This document shows positions 50,147 to 62,060 of a stretch of DNA of 64,000 nt, piece after piece. The notes below the pieces were generated by a model, which was given only the letters and a program-made list of their open reading frames with translations, did not search any database and was not told the DNA's origin. Location of the stretch: positions 6,450,001 to 6,514,000 of the forward strand of contig CM052817.1 in the NCBI GenBank assembly GCA_028534125.1, written 5' to 3'. Position numbers and translations under genes: made by a program. The DNA is from Lama glama (Eukaryota). Each line of letters begins with the position of its first letter. The stretch's first letter is position 1.

Positions 50147-50494
50147 TGTCTAATTGTTTGGGCTGTTGTAATGAAAATAAATACCAGAGACTGGGTGGCT
50201 GAACCAATAAAAATTTATTTGACATGGTTCTGGAGGCTGGGAAGTCCAAGATTAAGCCAAGCACCAATTCAGTGTCTAGTGAGAGTCTACTTTCGGGCTC
50301 ATAGAAGCCCATCTTGTCACTGTGTCCTCATATGGCAGAAGGGGTGAGGAAGCCTTCTGGGGTATCATTTATGAGGGCTTCACCCTCATGACTTAATCTT
50401 CTTCAAAGGTTCCACCCACTAACACCACTACATTGAGAGTTAGGATTTCAATATGTAAAGTTTGGGGACACACACACACATTTAGTCCGTAACA
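50147..50494 (-). mobile_element. MaLR solo LTR (MLT1A0-like)
   Basis: TG...CA ends with perfect 5-bp TSD ggaga/ggaga; 'gttctggaggctgggaagtccaagat'. Confidence 0.95.
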
Positions 50495-50628
50495 GGAGAG
50501 TTAGACACAACAACTAAACACAGTGTCACCCCAGTCACTGACTTTTATATTTCTCTGCCTAAAATTTTCCACTACCCCAAATAGATTGCCCTTCCCATCA
50601 TTTTATAAAGTTACCATCATTGAACATT

Positions 50629-51092
50629 TGTATTTGGGTATGAGTTCCCTCTGAAGCTCATCCTGAGATGAAGACTTGGGTTCAAGGAATTCCTTTTGGA
50701 GGTGACCTAGGAAGCACAGGTAGAGGAGCTGGGGAGAGTGATGGAAATGAAAGGAAACTAGTCCAGATGCATGAGAAGGGTACCATGCGGGACTGAGCTA
50801 AATCACACTCGAGACCTCTGAGCAGCAGCATGGAATGTTCCTCAGCACTGGTCTGCTGGGTGGACTAGGCAGCTGGGGGACTTGTCCACAAACTCCCGTT
50901 CATCATTGGCAAAGAGCTACTTCCAGAGGCACTAACTTTTTGGTACCTCCACTCTCCCGTGTGTGAGCTGAGCCTCCCAGGGCCAGAGAAAGGGAGTCAC
51001 GGGCACTTGCAATAGGAAATCCTCAGTGCGTAGGACAATTGAGCGTGGGAGGGATTTGAGTGAGGCTCTGACAGCATCAGCCACTGTCCACC
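50629..51092 (-). mobile_element. ERVL solo LTR (LTR16-like)
   Basis: 'gagttccctctgaagctcatcctgagatgaagacttgggttcaagg...ggaggtgacctaggaagcac'. Confidence 0.65.
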
Positions 51093-51167
51093 ATGAGGAT
51101 GGACCTTCATTCACAAGGTCTCCCTTGACCATCCCAGCCAGTGATTTCTCCTGACTCTGAGCACCAA

Positions 51168-51415
51168 TAATAATAGTGGACTTACTGAATACTGAATGAT
51201 TTATTTAACACACACCAGGAGCTCTGATAAGCACTTTATATTAAACTAAAACACCTCTTTTAATTCTATTGAGAATCATATATGGCTAGTACCACTATTA
51301 CCTGAATTTTTGACATGAAAAAGCAAGGCTTGTGGAAGTTTAAACAATGCTCCATCATTCACAGTTTGTAATTTGAAGCCCCTGGGCCTAAGCCAGGACC
51401 GTCTGACCCTGCACA
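51168..51415 (-). mobile_element. MIR SINE
   Basis: 'ataagcactttata...tttaattct...ctattacctgaatttttgacatgaaaaagcaaggct'. Confidence 0.65.
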
Positions 51416-52169
51416 TTCACTGAGTTGTACGTACTCACTTTTCTTTGCAGCCCTTCCTGTGAACAGTATTTAGAGCCTTTGGGCTGTGTGGACCAGATGC
51501 CTTCTTGAAGACCTTAACTCACAGGCCTTGGTGAGAAGATGCGGCAGAAGCTTTGCTGTTACCTGTGGCTGTGCCAGGCTCTCATTCTCCTGCTGACCAT
51601 ATTGGGTTATGTCTCGTTATTTCTCCTTCTATGACCAACAAGTTCATCTCCTCTGTATTTCCCCACCATTTTCCAGATGGTTTAACTGGCTTAAAGAAAG
51701 ATCATTTCATTTCCAGCACCTAAAACAAGTGTCTGGCATGCAGGAGGCAATCAGCAAATAAGCAAAAATGATGGTAGGAAGATGGCACATCAGTGCTACT
51801 GGATCTCCGTTGTAGTGGTGGGGAATCTTGCAACAGACAGACTAGGCTGTGTTAGCACACAGCTGGTGAGAGATGGAGCTACAGTTTGAAGCAAGGTATT
51901 CTGATTGTGGAGTCCTGTGCTCAGCCACTAGGCTACATCGTCTCCTCATTACCCATCCTACCAGTCATGCAGGGAACCACAGGCAGTGACCCGGTCCACT
52001 GTTTAAAGGGACTCCTTGGGGGTGCTGTAGAGGATAGACTGGGGCTACTGGCTGCACAGGGCTGTTGGGGAGGTATTTCGTCAGTTCAGGGAAGAGGTGA
52101 TGAGCAGCTGCGCTCAAGTCAGTGGGAAAGGAGTGGAAGGGTGGATGGATATGGAATGTATTTCACAGA

Positions 52170-53218
52170 TGGCTGGGGCTGTGTGATTTTAACTATATGG
52201 CAGCTGTAATCTCCTGTGATTTATACAGGACCCCTACTGATGAGGTAGTAAATTGTGACTGAAAGGGAAGCACTCTATACAGATGAATTCCCCTGAATTA
52301 AGATGTTTTGACTTACGACTTTTCAACTTTACGATGCTGCAAAAGTGGTACTCATTCCGTAGAAACCCATACTCCAGATTTTGAATATCAGTCTTTCTTC
52401 AGGCTGATGATTCTGTCTTGTGAGGCTGGGCAGTGGTGGGGAGCTGCAGCTTCTCATCAGCCATGCAATCACGAGAGTAAACAACTGGTCAACTTACAAG
52501 CACTCTGTGCTTCACTTTCGGTAGAGCAGTCAACAGGTTACATGAGATATTCAACACTTTGTTATATGATAGGCCTTGAGTTAGATTATTTTCCCAGCTG
52601 TAGGCTTAGGTATGTGTTCTGAGCACGTTGCAGGCAGGCTAGTCTCAGCTACGATGATTGGCAGGTTTGGGTGTATTAAAAGCATTTTCACCTTACAGCA
52701 TTTTCAGCTTATGATGGGTTTATTGGGAGGTAAATTGCATATAAGTCGAGGAAGATCTGTGACGCAATGATTAGGTCTCAGTCCTTCCAAGACCCTGTGT
52801 CTCTGGGCTGTGATCTTCAAAAGTGCTTCTCAGCTCCCCTCTTCCTGTATGTGAAACAAGAATGCAGAGGGTACTGGAGCTGAGTAGTATCTCCCAGAGA
52901 TGAAATCCATGGAAGTGTGGGGACCCCTAAGGATGTAGTGTCTTAAGCTGATGCATGCTCAATGTCCAGCTAGTCTTCAATTACAGTTTAACATGTCCCT
53001 ATCAGGCCATAGCAGCAGCATCTGCTCCTGGTAAGCTGGGAGTCTGGATGCACCTGTCTCTCCAGCTTCTGGTGCAGTGGCTTGCCCTTCTAGCTTGATT
53101 ATCTTATGGGTCTAAGAGGAGCAGTAGGTTTTCAGTTAGCTTATCCTCTGTTGTTGTTTTTGTTACGAGTACAGAAGTTAAGACTTCCAAGTCATGTCAG
53201 ACCAGAAACTAGAAGCTT
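52170..53218 (-). mobile_element. Old L1 5' end (L1MD/L1MC 5'UTR-like), split by a Tigger
   Basis: Reverse complement begins 'gcttctagtttctggtctgacatgacttggaagtc...ctgaaaacctactgctcctcttagaccc...agggcaagccactgcaccagaagctggagagacagg'. Confidence 0.7.
52280..52759 (-). mobile_element. Tigger5/MER47-type Tc1-mariner MITE
   Basis: Termini cagatg.../...gatctg flanked by TA and TG (decayed TA TSD); 'gacttacgacttttcaactttacgatg', 'catgagatattcaacactttgttata'. Confidence 0.9.
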
Positions 53219-53397
53219 TTAATTATAATTTTCTGATTGTGATTTCAGTTCTGTCCTTCTCTACTGGAACAGAGTCTCCTTGAAAGCAGGGATTTTGTTA
53301 GAGCTGTATCTCCAAGGCTTGTAGAGTGCATGGCACATTCTAGGAGCTTAATGTGTGTTAAACAAATTCATGAATTCTCATTCTTAAAAGACTACTA

Positions 53398-54075
53398 TGA
53401 TTTGCATTTCTTTAATAATGAGATATCACCTCACACAGGTCAGAATGACTGTTGTCAAAAAGTCTACAAATAACAAATGTTAGAGAGGGTGTGGAGAAAA
53501 AGGAACCCTACTACACTGTTGGTGGAAATGTAAATTGGTGCAGCCACTATAGAAAACAGCATGGAATTTCCTTAAAAAACTGAAAGCAGAGTTACTGTAT
53601 GATCTAACAATCCTACTCTGGGCATATATCTGGAAAAAAAATAAAAACTCTAATTCAAAAACTTACATGCACCCCCAATGTTCATAGCAGCACTGTTTAT
53701 AATAGCTAAGACATGGAATCAATGTAAATGTCCATCCACAGATGATTGGATAAAAATGATGTGGTATACACAGACACACACACAAATATATATACACGCA
53801 TGGAATACTACTCAGCCATAAAAAAGAATGAAATAATGCCTTTTGCAGCAACATGGATGAAACTAGATATGATCATACTAAGTGAAGTAAGTCGGACAGA
53901 GAAAGACAAACATCGTCTGATATCACTTACATGCGGAATGTAAAGAAAGTGATGCAAATGAACTTACTTACAAAACAGAAATAAACTCACAGACATAGAA
54001 AAAAAAAAGTATGGTTACCACAGGGGAAAGAGTGGGAGGAATAAGTTAAGAGTTTGGGACTAGCAGATGCTCATT
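53398..54075 (+). mobile_element. L1 ORF2 end plus 3'UTR with a 22-bp 5' inversion
   Basis: ORF 53746-53943 'MEYYSAIKKNEIMPFAATWMKLDMIILSEVS' = ORF2p C-terminus; 'gagggtgtggagaaaaaggaaccctactacactgttggtgg'. Confidence 0.93.
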
Positions 54076-56399
54076 GTATCTATTTAAATCTTACTACAGT
54101 CAAGGTAACTAACATATCATCTCCTCACCTAGTTTCTGTACATGTGTGTAGTGAGAGTGGCTGAAATCTACTCTCAATAAATTTCCGGGCTGGGTAACTT
54201 TGGACTTGTTGGTTGATTCCTCCAAGCACCCCTTTCCTCATTGCTAAGTGTAACTTTCAACTTTTACCTCTCTAGGTGGCTGTGGAAATTAAAGGAGAAA
54301 CCAAGAGAAGGCACCTAAAAATGACTGACTCATAAGAATTTTCTAATAAGTGCTAGTCCCCTCTCCTCGGTCTTTCCCCAGTTAACACTATTTCCTGGCA
54401 AACTGGCCTCAGGTTGGTTTGTTCTGCAGATATGAAAAGTGATTCAGTTACCTCTTAACGTGTTTTCTCAGTTTGGGGAAGAAAGGGTGATTGTTGGATT
54501 TCTAACGATAAATAAGGGCATTGGATGGTTTACAATATCGTCTGCTTCTTGTTTCAATCAAGGTACTGAGTCCAGGGCAGTTAGATGAGCGTCTTTATGT
54601 TCCTGCCATTGGGGTCTATGGTTAAGTTAATTTGGGTTGCAGATAATGAGCTTTTGGAGCAGAGTTTTTGATAACTTGATCACCCTGTTTTTCTTTTATA
54701 TTTCACCCTCTGCATTACTTGGAAAACAGTGAATAATTGGAAAATGGGAATTTCCTGGAACTGAGAGCTCACTCATCCCACAGGGCTAGTGAGGAGTGAG
54801 TTGACTGCTGACAGGGGCAGAAGGCCAGCAGTGTCCCCACAATCAGGACCCTGATTAAATATCACGCGAGGGCCCCAGACAGCCTGTGAAACCATCTCCC
54901 CGGCCACAGGAGAACATTTCAGTGCCTGAGCTGAAAAATCAAAAGGTGTGGAATCTAATCCGATAACAGGAGCCCATGTAGACATTCTGACAGGGAACAA
55001 GACACTCACCTTGCCAAGGTGAACAGATGGCCTCCTTCAAGGGACACAAAGCAACTGTCACTGAAAACGGGCCCTCAGACCGTGTGAAAAGGAGGTGGTT
55101 CTCCAACCTTGGTGCCCTGGGAGAACAGAACGGGCCACATCTGAGATGAGTGGAAAGGAGGAGAAATTTGAGAATGAGAGACGGTTTGCAGAAATGGATA
55201 CTGGGGAGATAACTCCGTCTTTGGTCTAGGGTTTCTCACAAGTTGTGCCGTTGTGTATCCATTGCTGAAATAAAAAGCGCCATCACGCCTGACAGAAATA
55301 CAGGGATTTAAAAGATTTAAAGAAAGAACATCAGAGTAATTTGTTTGTTTTGTTCCTAACATTTGACATACCCAAACTCGTTCTGGGTATTGACACGTAA
55401 AATACTATGTATTTCTTTTTCTTATCAAATGACTAAAAATATAATTGGATCTATGTTTTATTTTCATTCTCTCCAGAGTTGAACTTTATCCCAACAGAAT
55501 GCTGTGTGCATAATGTATGCAGTTTTCAGAAAACAGTATTGAGCAGACAATTCATCTGACCTTGGATGAAACAGTTCTGAAAGGCACTGAATTCCCATTC
55601 AGTAGAATTCCAGACTCTGGAGTACCCCAGACTTGGCACTTTCACCCTTCTTTGGGGTTCCTCATGCCCCTCCTCTCAGGGAGGCAGACTGGTTATGTCT
55701 TATGGACAAGCTGGATGTATTGCATTCACTCCCACAAACTCAGGATGGGTGGCCAAGTCTGGCCCATTCTAATATATTCATTGATGTTGTGAAAGTATGG
55801 AAAGCTGCCCCTCTCCAGTGTCCCTGCAGGGTGATTTTTTCCCCCTAAACAAATACCATGTGCACCTTTCCCCTTTCCTCTCCTAGTTCTCCTGGAGGAG
55901 GGACAAGGGGGAGTGGACTAAATGATGTAATTGGTGAACCTGGAAAGACTCAGTGGGCATGCCTGGCTCTGACCTCTGCTTTTCTCCTAGGAGCCAGATG
56001 TCCACTGGACCACATGCCTCCTGCCCCTGATGCTGTGAGTCTTACCTGGCTCATCTGCTCCCCTGTGCCAAGGGACTGGACGAGTAAATCTGTCCCTGAT
56101 TCCCGGAGCTCAGAGTCGAGACTGACTCATCCTTAGACCTCCACCCTCCAGTCTGGCTTCAGTCCTGAATAGAGGTGATTATTTTACAAAATTATTATTT
56201 CTCAGACTGTTGGAGACTCAGGCAAGAAAGAGGAATGTGATGGGATATCTCCTGCAAAAGACCCCCAACAACAACCTTCAGTCAAATAAATGAGTGTCAT
56301 CTGAAGGAAGACTCAGGGAGGAACGCACCCGTGTGCAGAGACCTCAGTACCTGCCTGACGCTGTGCGCACAGGTTATCCACACTCGTCCTTCCTGCGGC

Positions 56400-56745
56400 T
56401 AATGAGGTAGGTTAGGAAAAGGCAGAGATTAGCCGGGAATGACTGATCTCAATTAGCAAGGAGAAGTGGAGGTAGGGAGAGCTGTGCCGTGAACCGTGGG
56501 GTATTCCCGGGGCTCCTCTTCCTTCCTACCTTCCTGTCCAGTAGTGAAAGTCAGGGGGAAACCACAGCAACGAAAAAGAGGCAGGACCACTGAGGGTTCA
56601 GACCCTCAGGAGTGAAGGTTTGGTTTCCTCTGTAATACAACAAGTGCTGATCAGCTACAGTCAAGGGGACTCAGAATGCGTAATGGAATAATAAAGTTAT
56701 AAATATTGCCTATGACTTTGTGTCCAGTTACAGAAACAAGAGTTG
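56400..56745 (+). mobile_element. ERVL internal relic (dUTPase region / 3' end of pol)
   Basis: 'ggcaggaccactgagggttcagaccctcaggagtgaaggtttgg...gttataaatattgcctatgactttgtgtccagttacagaaacaag' resembles the HERVL-type 3' internal sequence. Confidence 0.75.
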
Positions 56746-56747
56746 CA

Positions 56748-56880
56748 TTTTTTAAAATTTTTTATTGATGTATAGTCAGCTTACCACGTTGTGTCACTTT
56801 CCGGTGTACAGCATGATGGTTCCATCATACACATACATACATATATTCCTTTTCGTATCCTCTTTCATTATAGGTTGCTG
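56748..56880 (-). mobile_element. Short L1 3' tip
   Basis: 'ttttattgatgtatagtcagcttacc...tccggtgtacagcatgatggttcc...ctttcattataggtt'. Confidence 0.85.
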
Positions 56881-58702
56881 GCTCAGATCGTTCGAGTAAA
56901 TTCTCTCACATTCTTGTCTTCTTCCACCTTTTACAAGCCACCAAGTTCTAGAAGGGATATTTTTTCATACTCTTTATATTTTATTTATCTTATATATTTT
57001 TATTTTTACTGTTTCTTTTCTAATATTTAGTGTATCTAAAATAGGCCAGATACCACATGACCACATACATTTGTTGTATCATTTAATCTTCAAAACTATC
57101 TTTCAAAATAGAAAAAAGAAGACCTGTGGTTTTCTCTAAGGCAAGTCAGAAAGGTGAAGTACCTCTCACAGTATCCCGGGGGCTGTCCAAGTGGAGTTCT
57201 CAAACCCCAGTCTATCTGCGACCCCCTCCCCTTTACATATTTGGAGTACTCAAATGAGATCTTTTTAAGCGTCAGTTCACACGCCTATAAAAGGAGAATC
57301 ATGGATTAGAATTAGATTAAAATAAGTCTCAATGTTAATAGAGACAAACATAGGTAGCACATACTGAATTAGCATGGATTTTTATACATTCTCTTTAACT
57401 CTCATAAGAACACTTCATGGAAGGTACTATCGTTCCTGTTTCACAGAAGAGATAGCAGTTTCTTTTTGAGGCTCCCTGTGGTTCCTGATTTATTATAAGA
57501 AGTACGAAGTGAGTACTACAGAACACTGTGGGATACAGAGATCCCTACAGAGTGTATCAAATGTGAGTCCCGCGGATGGCCGAGAAGGGGAGAGATGAGC
57601 GCTGGTGGTAGAGGCTTCTGGAGAGAAAGGGGCTTAGCAATGAGCATGGGCTGCGAGATTGTACACATAGGAAGGGACTGTATGAGGCACAAAGACTAGA
57701 TTTTTAACATAATATCTACAAATAGCTAATTAATGTATGCCCAGGGAAAAAGGGTCCTCAAAACTAACATTTTAAAACCGGCTCCCCATTGAGCTACTTT
57801 CTTCCAGATACTATCTCTCCGTGTTCCGGTGTGCTTTAAAGGACTTCAGTACATGCAATTTTGAATGCCCAGTCCTTCCTAGAAACCTCCTCCTAGTTCC
57901 GTATTCATTTCTATCTTGTGATCCATTTAGTGGTTAGTCTCGTATTTAATGATGCCATTTAAAAGTGCTGGTATGAGACATGAAATTTCTCTTCATAGCA
58001 CCTCATCAGGTGTTGAGGACAAGTCTACAGGAAAGAAATTATCTCTGTAGTCCATGCCACTTAAAAAAAAAACACTTCAGGAAGAGTCTTTAATTTCTTC
58101 TCTTGGTAAATTATGAAAGACCCTTAAAGAGCAGTGAATTAGTTGAGCTGGATGGCAGAAATGGCAGAAAACTCACTTGTCCATATTTTTTTCTCAAGTA
58201 ACACCTGGTGCTCCCTTCTGCATATTTTCCCATCAATTAGTTTCATAGGATGCAGACTTTGATGGTGTATTACTCATCACCCCCAGCATATACACCTGCA
58301 TGCACCCCTTCTCAGAATTTCGCAATCAGTTCTATCTCAAGAGACTATCAAAATAAAATGCAATGAACAGGGCAGAGGATATCATAATCATATTAAGGGC
58401 TGGGTTACCAAATAAAAATTGATTCTGTAATTCCACATTTGGTCCAAATCTCAGTCAGTCCTTCATCCTAGTCCCAAGGCCCCTGGTGTGCACTTCGTGT
58501 GAAATTTTATGTTCCTCCTTAATACGTTTTCATTTTTCCTGTTAGAAAGTGTAGTCACTTCTGCTGTCATCCGGGGACCTCCCTCCTGATCAGTCAGCCT
58601 CCTGCCCCAGATACTGCTGAGCAGTTCTGAGTTCTTACCCGCGCCAGTGCATAGAGCTGCACCCACTGCGGCCAGGTCTTTGAAAGGGGCTAATACTCCG
58701 GG

Positions 58703-59073
58703 TGTCAGTCTCCTAGGGCTGCATAACCGAGCACTTCAGGATGAGCCGCTTCAACAGGAGAAACGCACGTTCCCGCTGTTCCAGGGGAGAGAAGCCTGAG
58801 ATCGAAGTGTTGGCTGTTTTCCTCTGCCGTCTCTCCCCTCGGTTTGTCGATGGCGGCCTGCTCCCTGTGTCCTCCCGTGGTCTTGGCTGTCTCTTAATCT
58901 ACTCTCCTTATAAGGACACCGGTCAAATCGGATGAGGACTCATCCATGTGACTTTGTTTTAAGTTAATCTTCTCTTCAAAGAGCCTGTCTCCAAATACAG
59001 TCACATTCTAAGGAACTGGAGATTAGGACTTCACCCTATGGAGTTGGGGGAGGACATGGTTCATCCTGTAGCC
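58703..59073 (-). mobile_element. MaLR solo LTR (MLT1B/C-like)
   Basis: 'ccttataaggacaccggtcaaatcggatgagg...cctgtctccaaatacagtcacattctaaggaactggagattaggacttca'. Confidence 0.88.
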
Positions 59074-59429
59074 CTCCTGTGACACTGTGACCTTAATGAC
59101 TCACAGTGCACAGTAATGTACTGGAGGCTCTGATCAATATGGTAGCAAATCTATTATTTATCTTTGTCTTTAGTAAACTTATTTGACTTTTTTTATAAAC
59201 ATTCATTAAAATTTCATGGGGAAGATGTTAAAAGGAAAAAACTTTGAGCAACCCCGCCATCCTGCCAGGCCGGCTAGACTCAGATCATTTGGAGTCATGT
59301 TAAAGTTATTCTGATTCTCTATTGCAGAATTTGGTTTACAACAATCTTACTGCAACTGGAATCAAATGCTGACATCTTTGAAAGGAAAAGTCGATGTGGG
59401 CATGTCACCCAATGAGACCTTGTGAAGAT

Positions 59430-60125
59430 GGCCGTGGAACCGAATGTGCATTTTTTCACCCTGGAATTGACTTGGACTTGTCTCTTTCTCTCAAAACCAC
59501 ATCCCAGCTGCCAGAACATCCTAAGCCTGACTGCTTTCTGCCACTGGCCTCGCTCTCGTCCTAGGCCAGTCTCTGCTTACACCCATTTACTGCTTCCATG
59601 GTTCTTTCTCATCAGAGCAACCAGCGTGTTCCTGCCGAAGGCAGTCAGGTTCTACCCTTCCATTAGTCACCGCTCCATGGATTCATTCCTTGCCTGCAGC
59701 AGAAGCCAAAGTCCTCATGACGGTGCTGGTGGTCCTGTAGTCTCTGCCCATGTTGACCTCTCTGCCTCCATCCTCTGCACTGTCTTGCCCACTCCACCGC
59801 CTCGATCAGCAGACTCCTATCTGCACACTTTGACTTCAGGAATTTTCATGAGCTTCCTCTCTAGTGAGAACTTTGCTGCCCAGACACCTGCCCAGCCGGA
59901 GGCCTTGCCTCCTACAGTATTTCCTTAAATGTCGCCTTTTCAGTGATGCCTCTGATGACACTTCTCTAAAATCATAACCCCATCTCCTTTCCGTGAGGTA
60001 TTTTTTTCCATGTATGCTTCATAAAGACATGCTGGTTTTGCTCATTGCCGCCTCCCTATTACCTAGAAAAAATGACTAGCTCACAGTCAGTGCTCAATAA
60101 ATAAATATCTTTTGATTGAACACAT
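59430..60125 (+). mobile_element. L2 3' region
   Basis: 'tcagagcaaccagcgtgttcc...cagaagccaaagtcctcatg...cacagtcagtgctcaataaataaatatcttttgattgaa'. Confidence 0.75.
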
Positions 60126-60439
60126 GAGTTATGTTCACAAAGCTCCTTTCCACTCTATCGTGCTGTTTATCACTCTGTTACACTACACGTTTGTTCATTC
60201 ATTCATTCATTTGGGACAAGTGAGCATCTATTACGCTTCTGATGCTCTGGTTCCATAGTGGTGAGGAAAGCAGACATACCCTGCATGGAGTCTCCTTGTC
60301 AGGTAATTGAAATATAGAGAGCATTCCTAGGCTTTGGGGTTTTTGTTTTTGTTTTTGTTTTTTTGTGGGTTTTTTTTTTTTTGTAAATTGTTTGGTTTCC
60401 TACCCTAGTGACACTTACAATTTTTGTTTCAAATAAAAT

Positions 60440-60690
60440 TACAGCTAATATTGATAGGGTACGACCTCCTTGTCCTGCAACTTGTCGGACACTTAACATG
60501 CATTCTTCAATTTGATCCTCTCAGAAACCCGTGAAATATGTAATATTATGATCTCAATTAGTAGACAAAAAGGCAGAGGCATAAAAGCATAGACATTTCC
60601 CCATAACTTCTCATAACTGCTCATAAGTGATAGAATCCAGATTTAAATTCAGATCGTCTGTATCAAAAGTCAAAATATTTCCTCTTGTCT
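60440..60690 (-). mobile_element. MIR SINE
   Basis: 'tttgatcctctcagaaacccgtga...tattatgatctcaattagtagacaaaaaggcagaggc...ccagatttaaattcagatcgtctg'. Confidence 0.75.
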
Positions 60691-60849
60691 CTCCTTTACT
60701 TCTACTCTAGATAGCTGGAAATATATGTTTATGTTAACTGCTCTCGAACATTCCATCTGAAATATCTCTCTGAGCCCCTATTATTCTCCTAGAGAAACAA
60801 GAGAAAAAAGTCATTGACCTCACAGGCTTTGTATCAGAGTGAAAGAGAC

Positions 60850-61603
60850 ATGACAGCAATGGAAAAGTAAAAAAACAAATGAATGAACACACAAGAAGCT
60901 AGAGCAGGGTGCCACGTGGTGGAGAGCGATCCAGTGGCGACATTAGAATAGATGATCTGGAAATACCTCTAAGAAGGTGACCTGTAATTTGATATTCAAA
61001 TACGAAAAGGGGCATGCCTGGTGCTTCCAGAAAGGGCTTTGCAAGTGAAAGGAATAGTTGGTGCAAAGGTCCTAAAGCAGGAATATTTTCGACCTACTTG
61101 AAAGACAGGGCAAGATGAATATAAGCTGGAAGAGAGTGTCTAAGGCAATGAGTGATAAGAAATATTGGTGGAAAGACAGGCAGGGACCACGGCACAGATC
61201 TTTGTAGTAATGAACAAGGAGATCGGGTTCCGTTCTAAGTGTCAGTAATGGAAGTTAGAGGAGAAGGAACAGAAGCAAAGAGATCAGCTGGAAAACCGTT
61301 GAGATAACCCACTAAGGAGATACAAGTGGGTTTGTCTGGAATGGAGGCAGTGGGGCTGGGGGCAAGGTCTCAGGGATATGTTCAGAAAGTTGATACCTAA
61401 GACTTGCTGGAAAAGTGCGGGTTGGGGCTTAGGGAAGTGGGGAGACCCGAGCAGCTCCTAGGTTTGAGGTTTGGGCTCACCAGGTGGCTGGTGGTGACTT
61501 TCCTATGACGGGAAGACTGGGGCAGACGGAGGTTTGGGCAGCGGACAAAAAAATCTAGAGTTCAGTTTGAGGACTGATAAGCTTGAAATACCCACTAGCG
61601 AGG
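60850..61603 (-). mobile_element. L2 LINE fragment
   Basis: 'aggaatagttggtgcaaaggtcctaaagcagga', 'gagttcagtttgaggactgataagcttgaaataccc'. Confidence 0.8.
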
Positions 61604-62060
61604 TGTGTCGAATATATTCCATTTGCCCTTCCCAGTGACTTTCCCTTATTTTCCATCAGGCTCTTCGCCCCGGGAGGCTGACAGTGGTTCAGTGGGCCTC
61701 CTTGCTCTCTGTCTTCCAGTTGTTTTTCTCCAATAGAAAGCTCCAGAATATCAGACAGTGGAAGGAGAGTAAAAGCAGGGTGGGCATGGCCTGCATGGTC
61801 TGCACGGGTGGACTGTATCCCTCTTCCAAAGGCCACAGCCCCTGCTGGACGTCCCGTCCTCAGCCAACCTCTCCATCAATGCTTGTGGCCCCTCTGTCTT
61901 CCTCTTACCCTTTCAGGCCTAGGATGTTAGCACAGCCACCTCCTTTTCCTTTGTGTCTTTTCCTGAACCCCGTACTTTTGTCCTTTTATTAAAAATACAC
62001 CGTTTAATTTGTCTGTTTGACATATGCCAACTCTTTCCTGCCAGGCCCCCTGGTGTTCCC
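61604..62060 (+). mobile_element. ERVL solo LTR (LTR33-like)
   Basis: 'gccccgggaggctgac...ctccttgctctctgtcttccagttg...ccaatagaaag', 'ccaaaggccacagcccctg', 'ccctttcaggcctagg', 'attaaa', 'tttcctgccagg'. Confidence 0.75.

Noticed and set aside
59422..59928. 168-aa ORF
   Set aside because: Lies within an L2 fragment, starts at GTG, and shows no protein family signal
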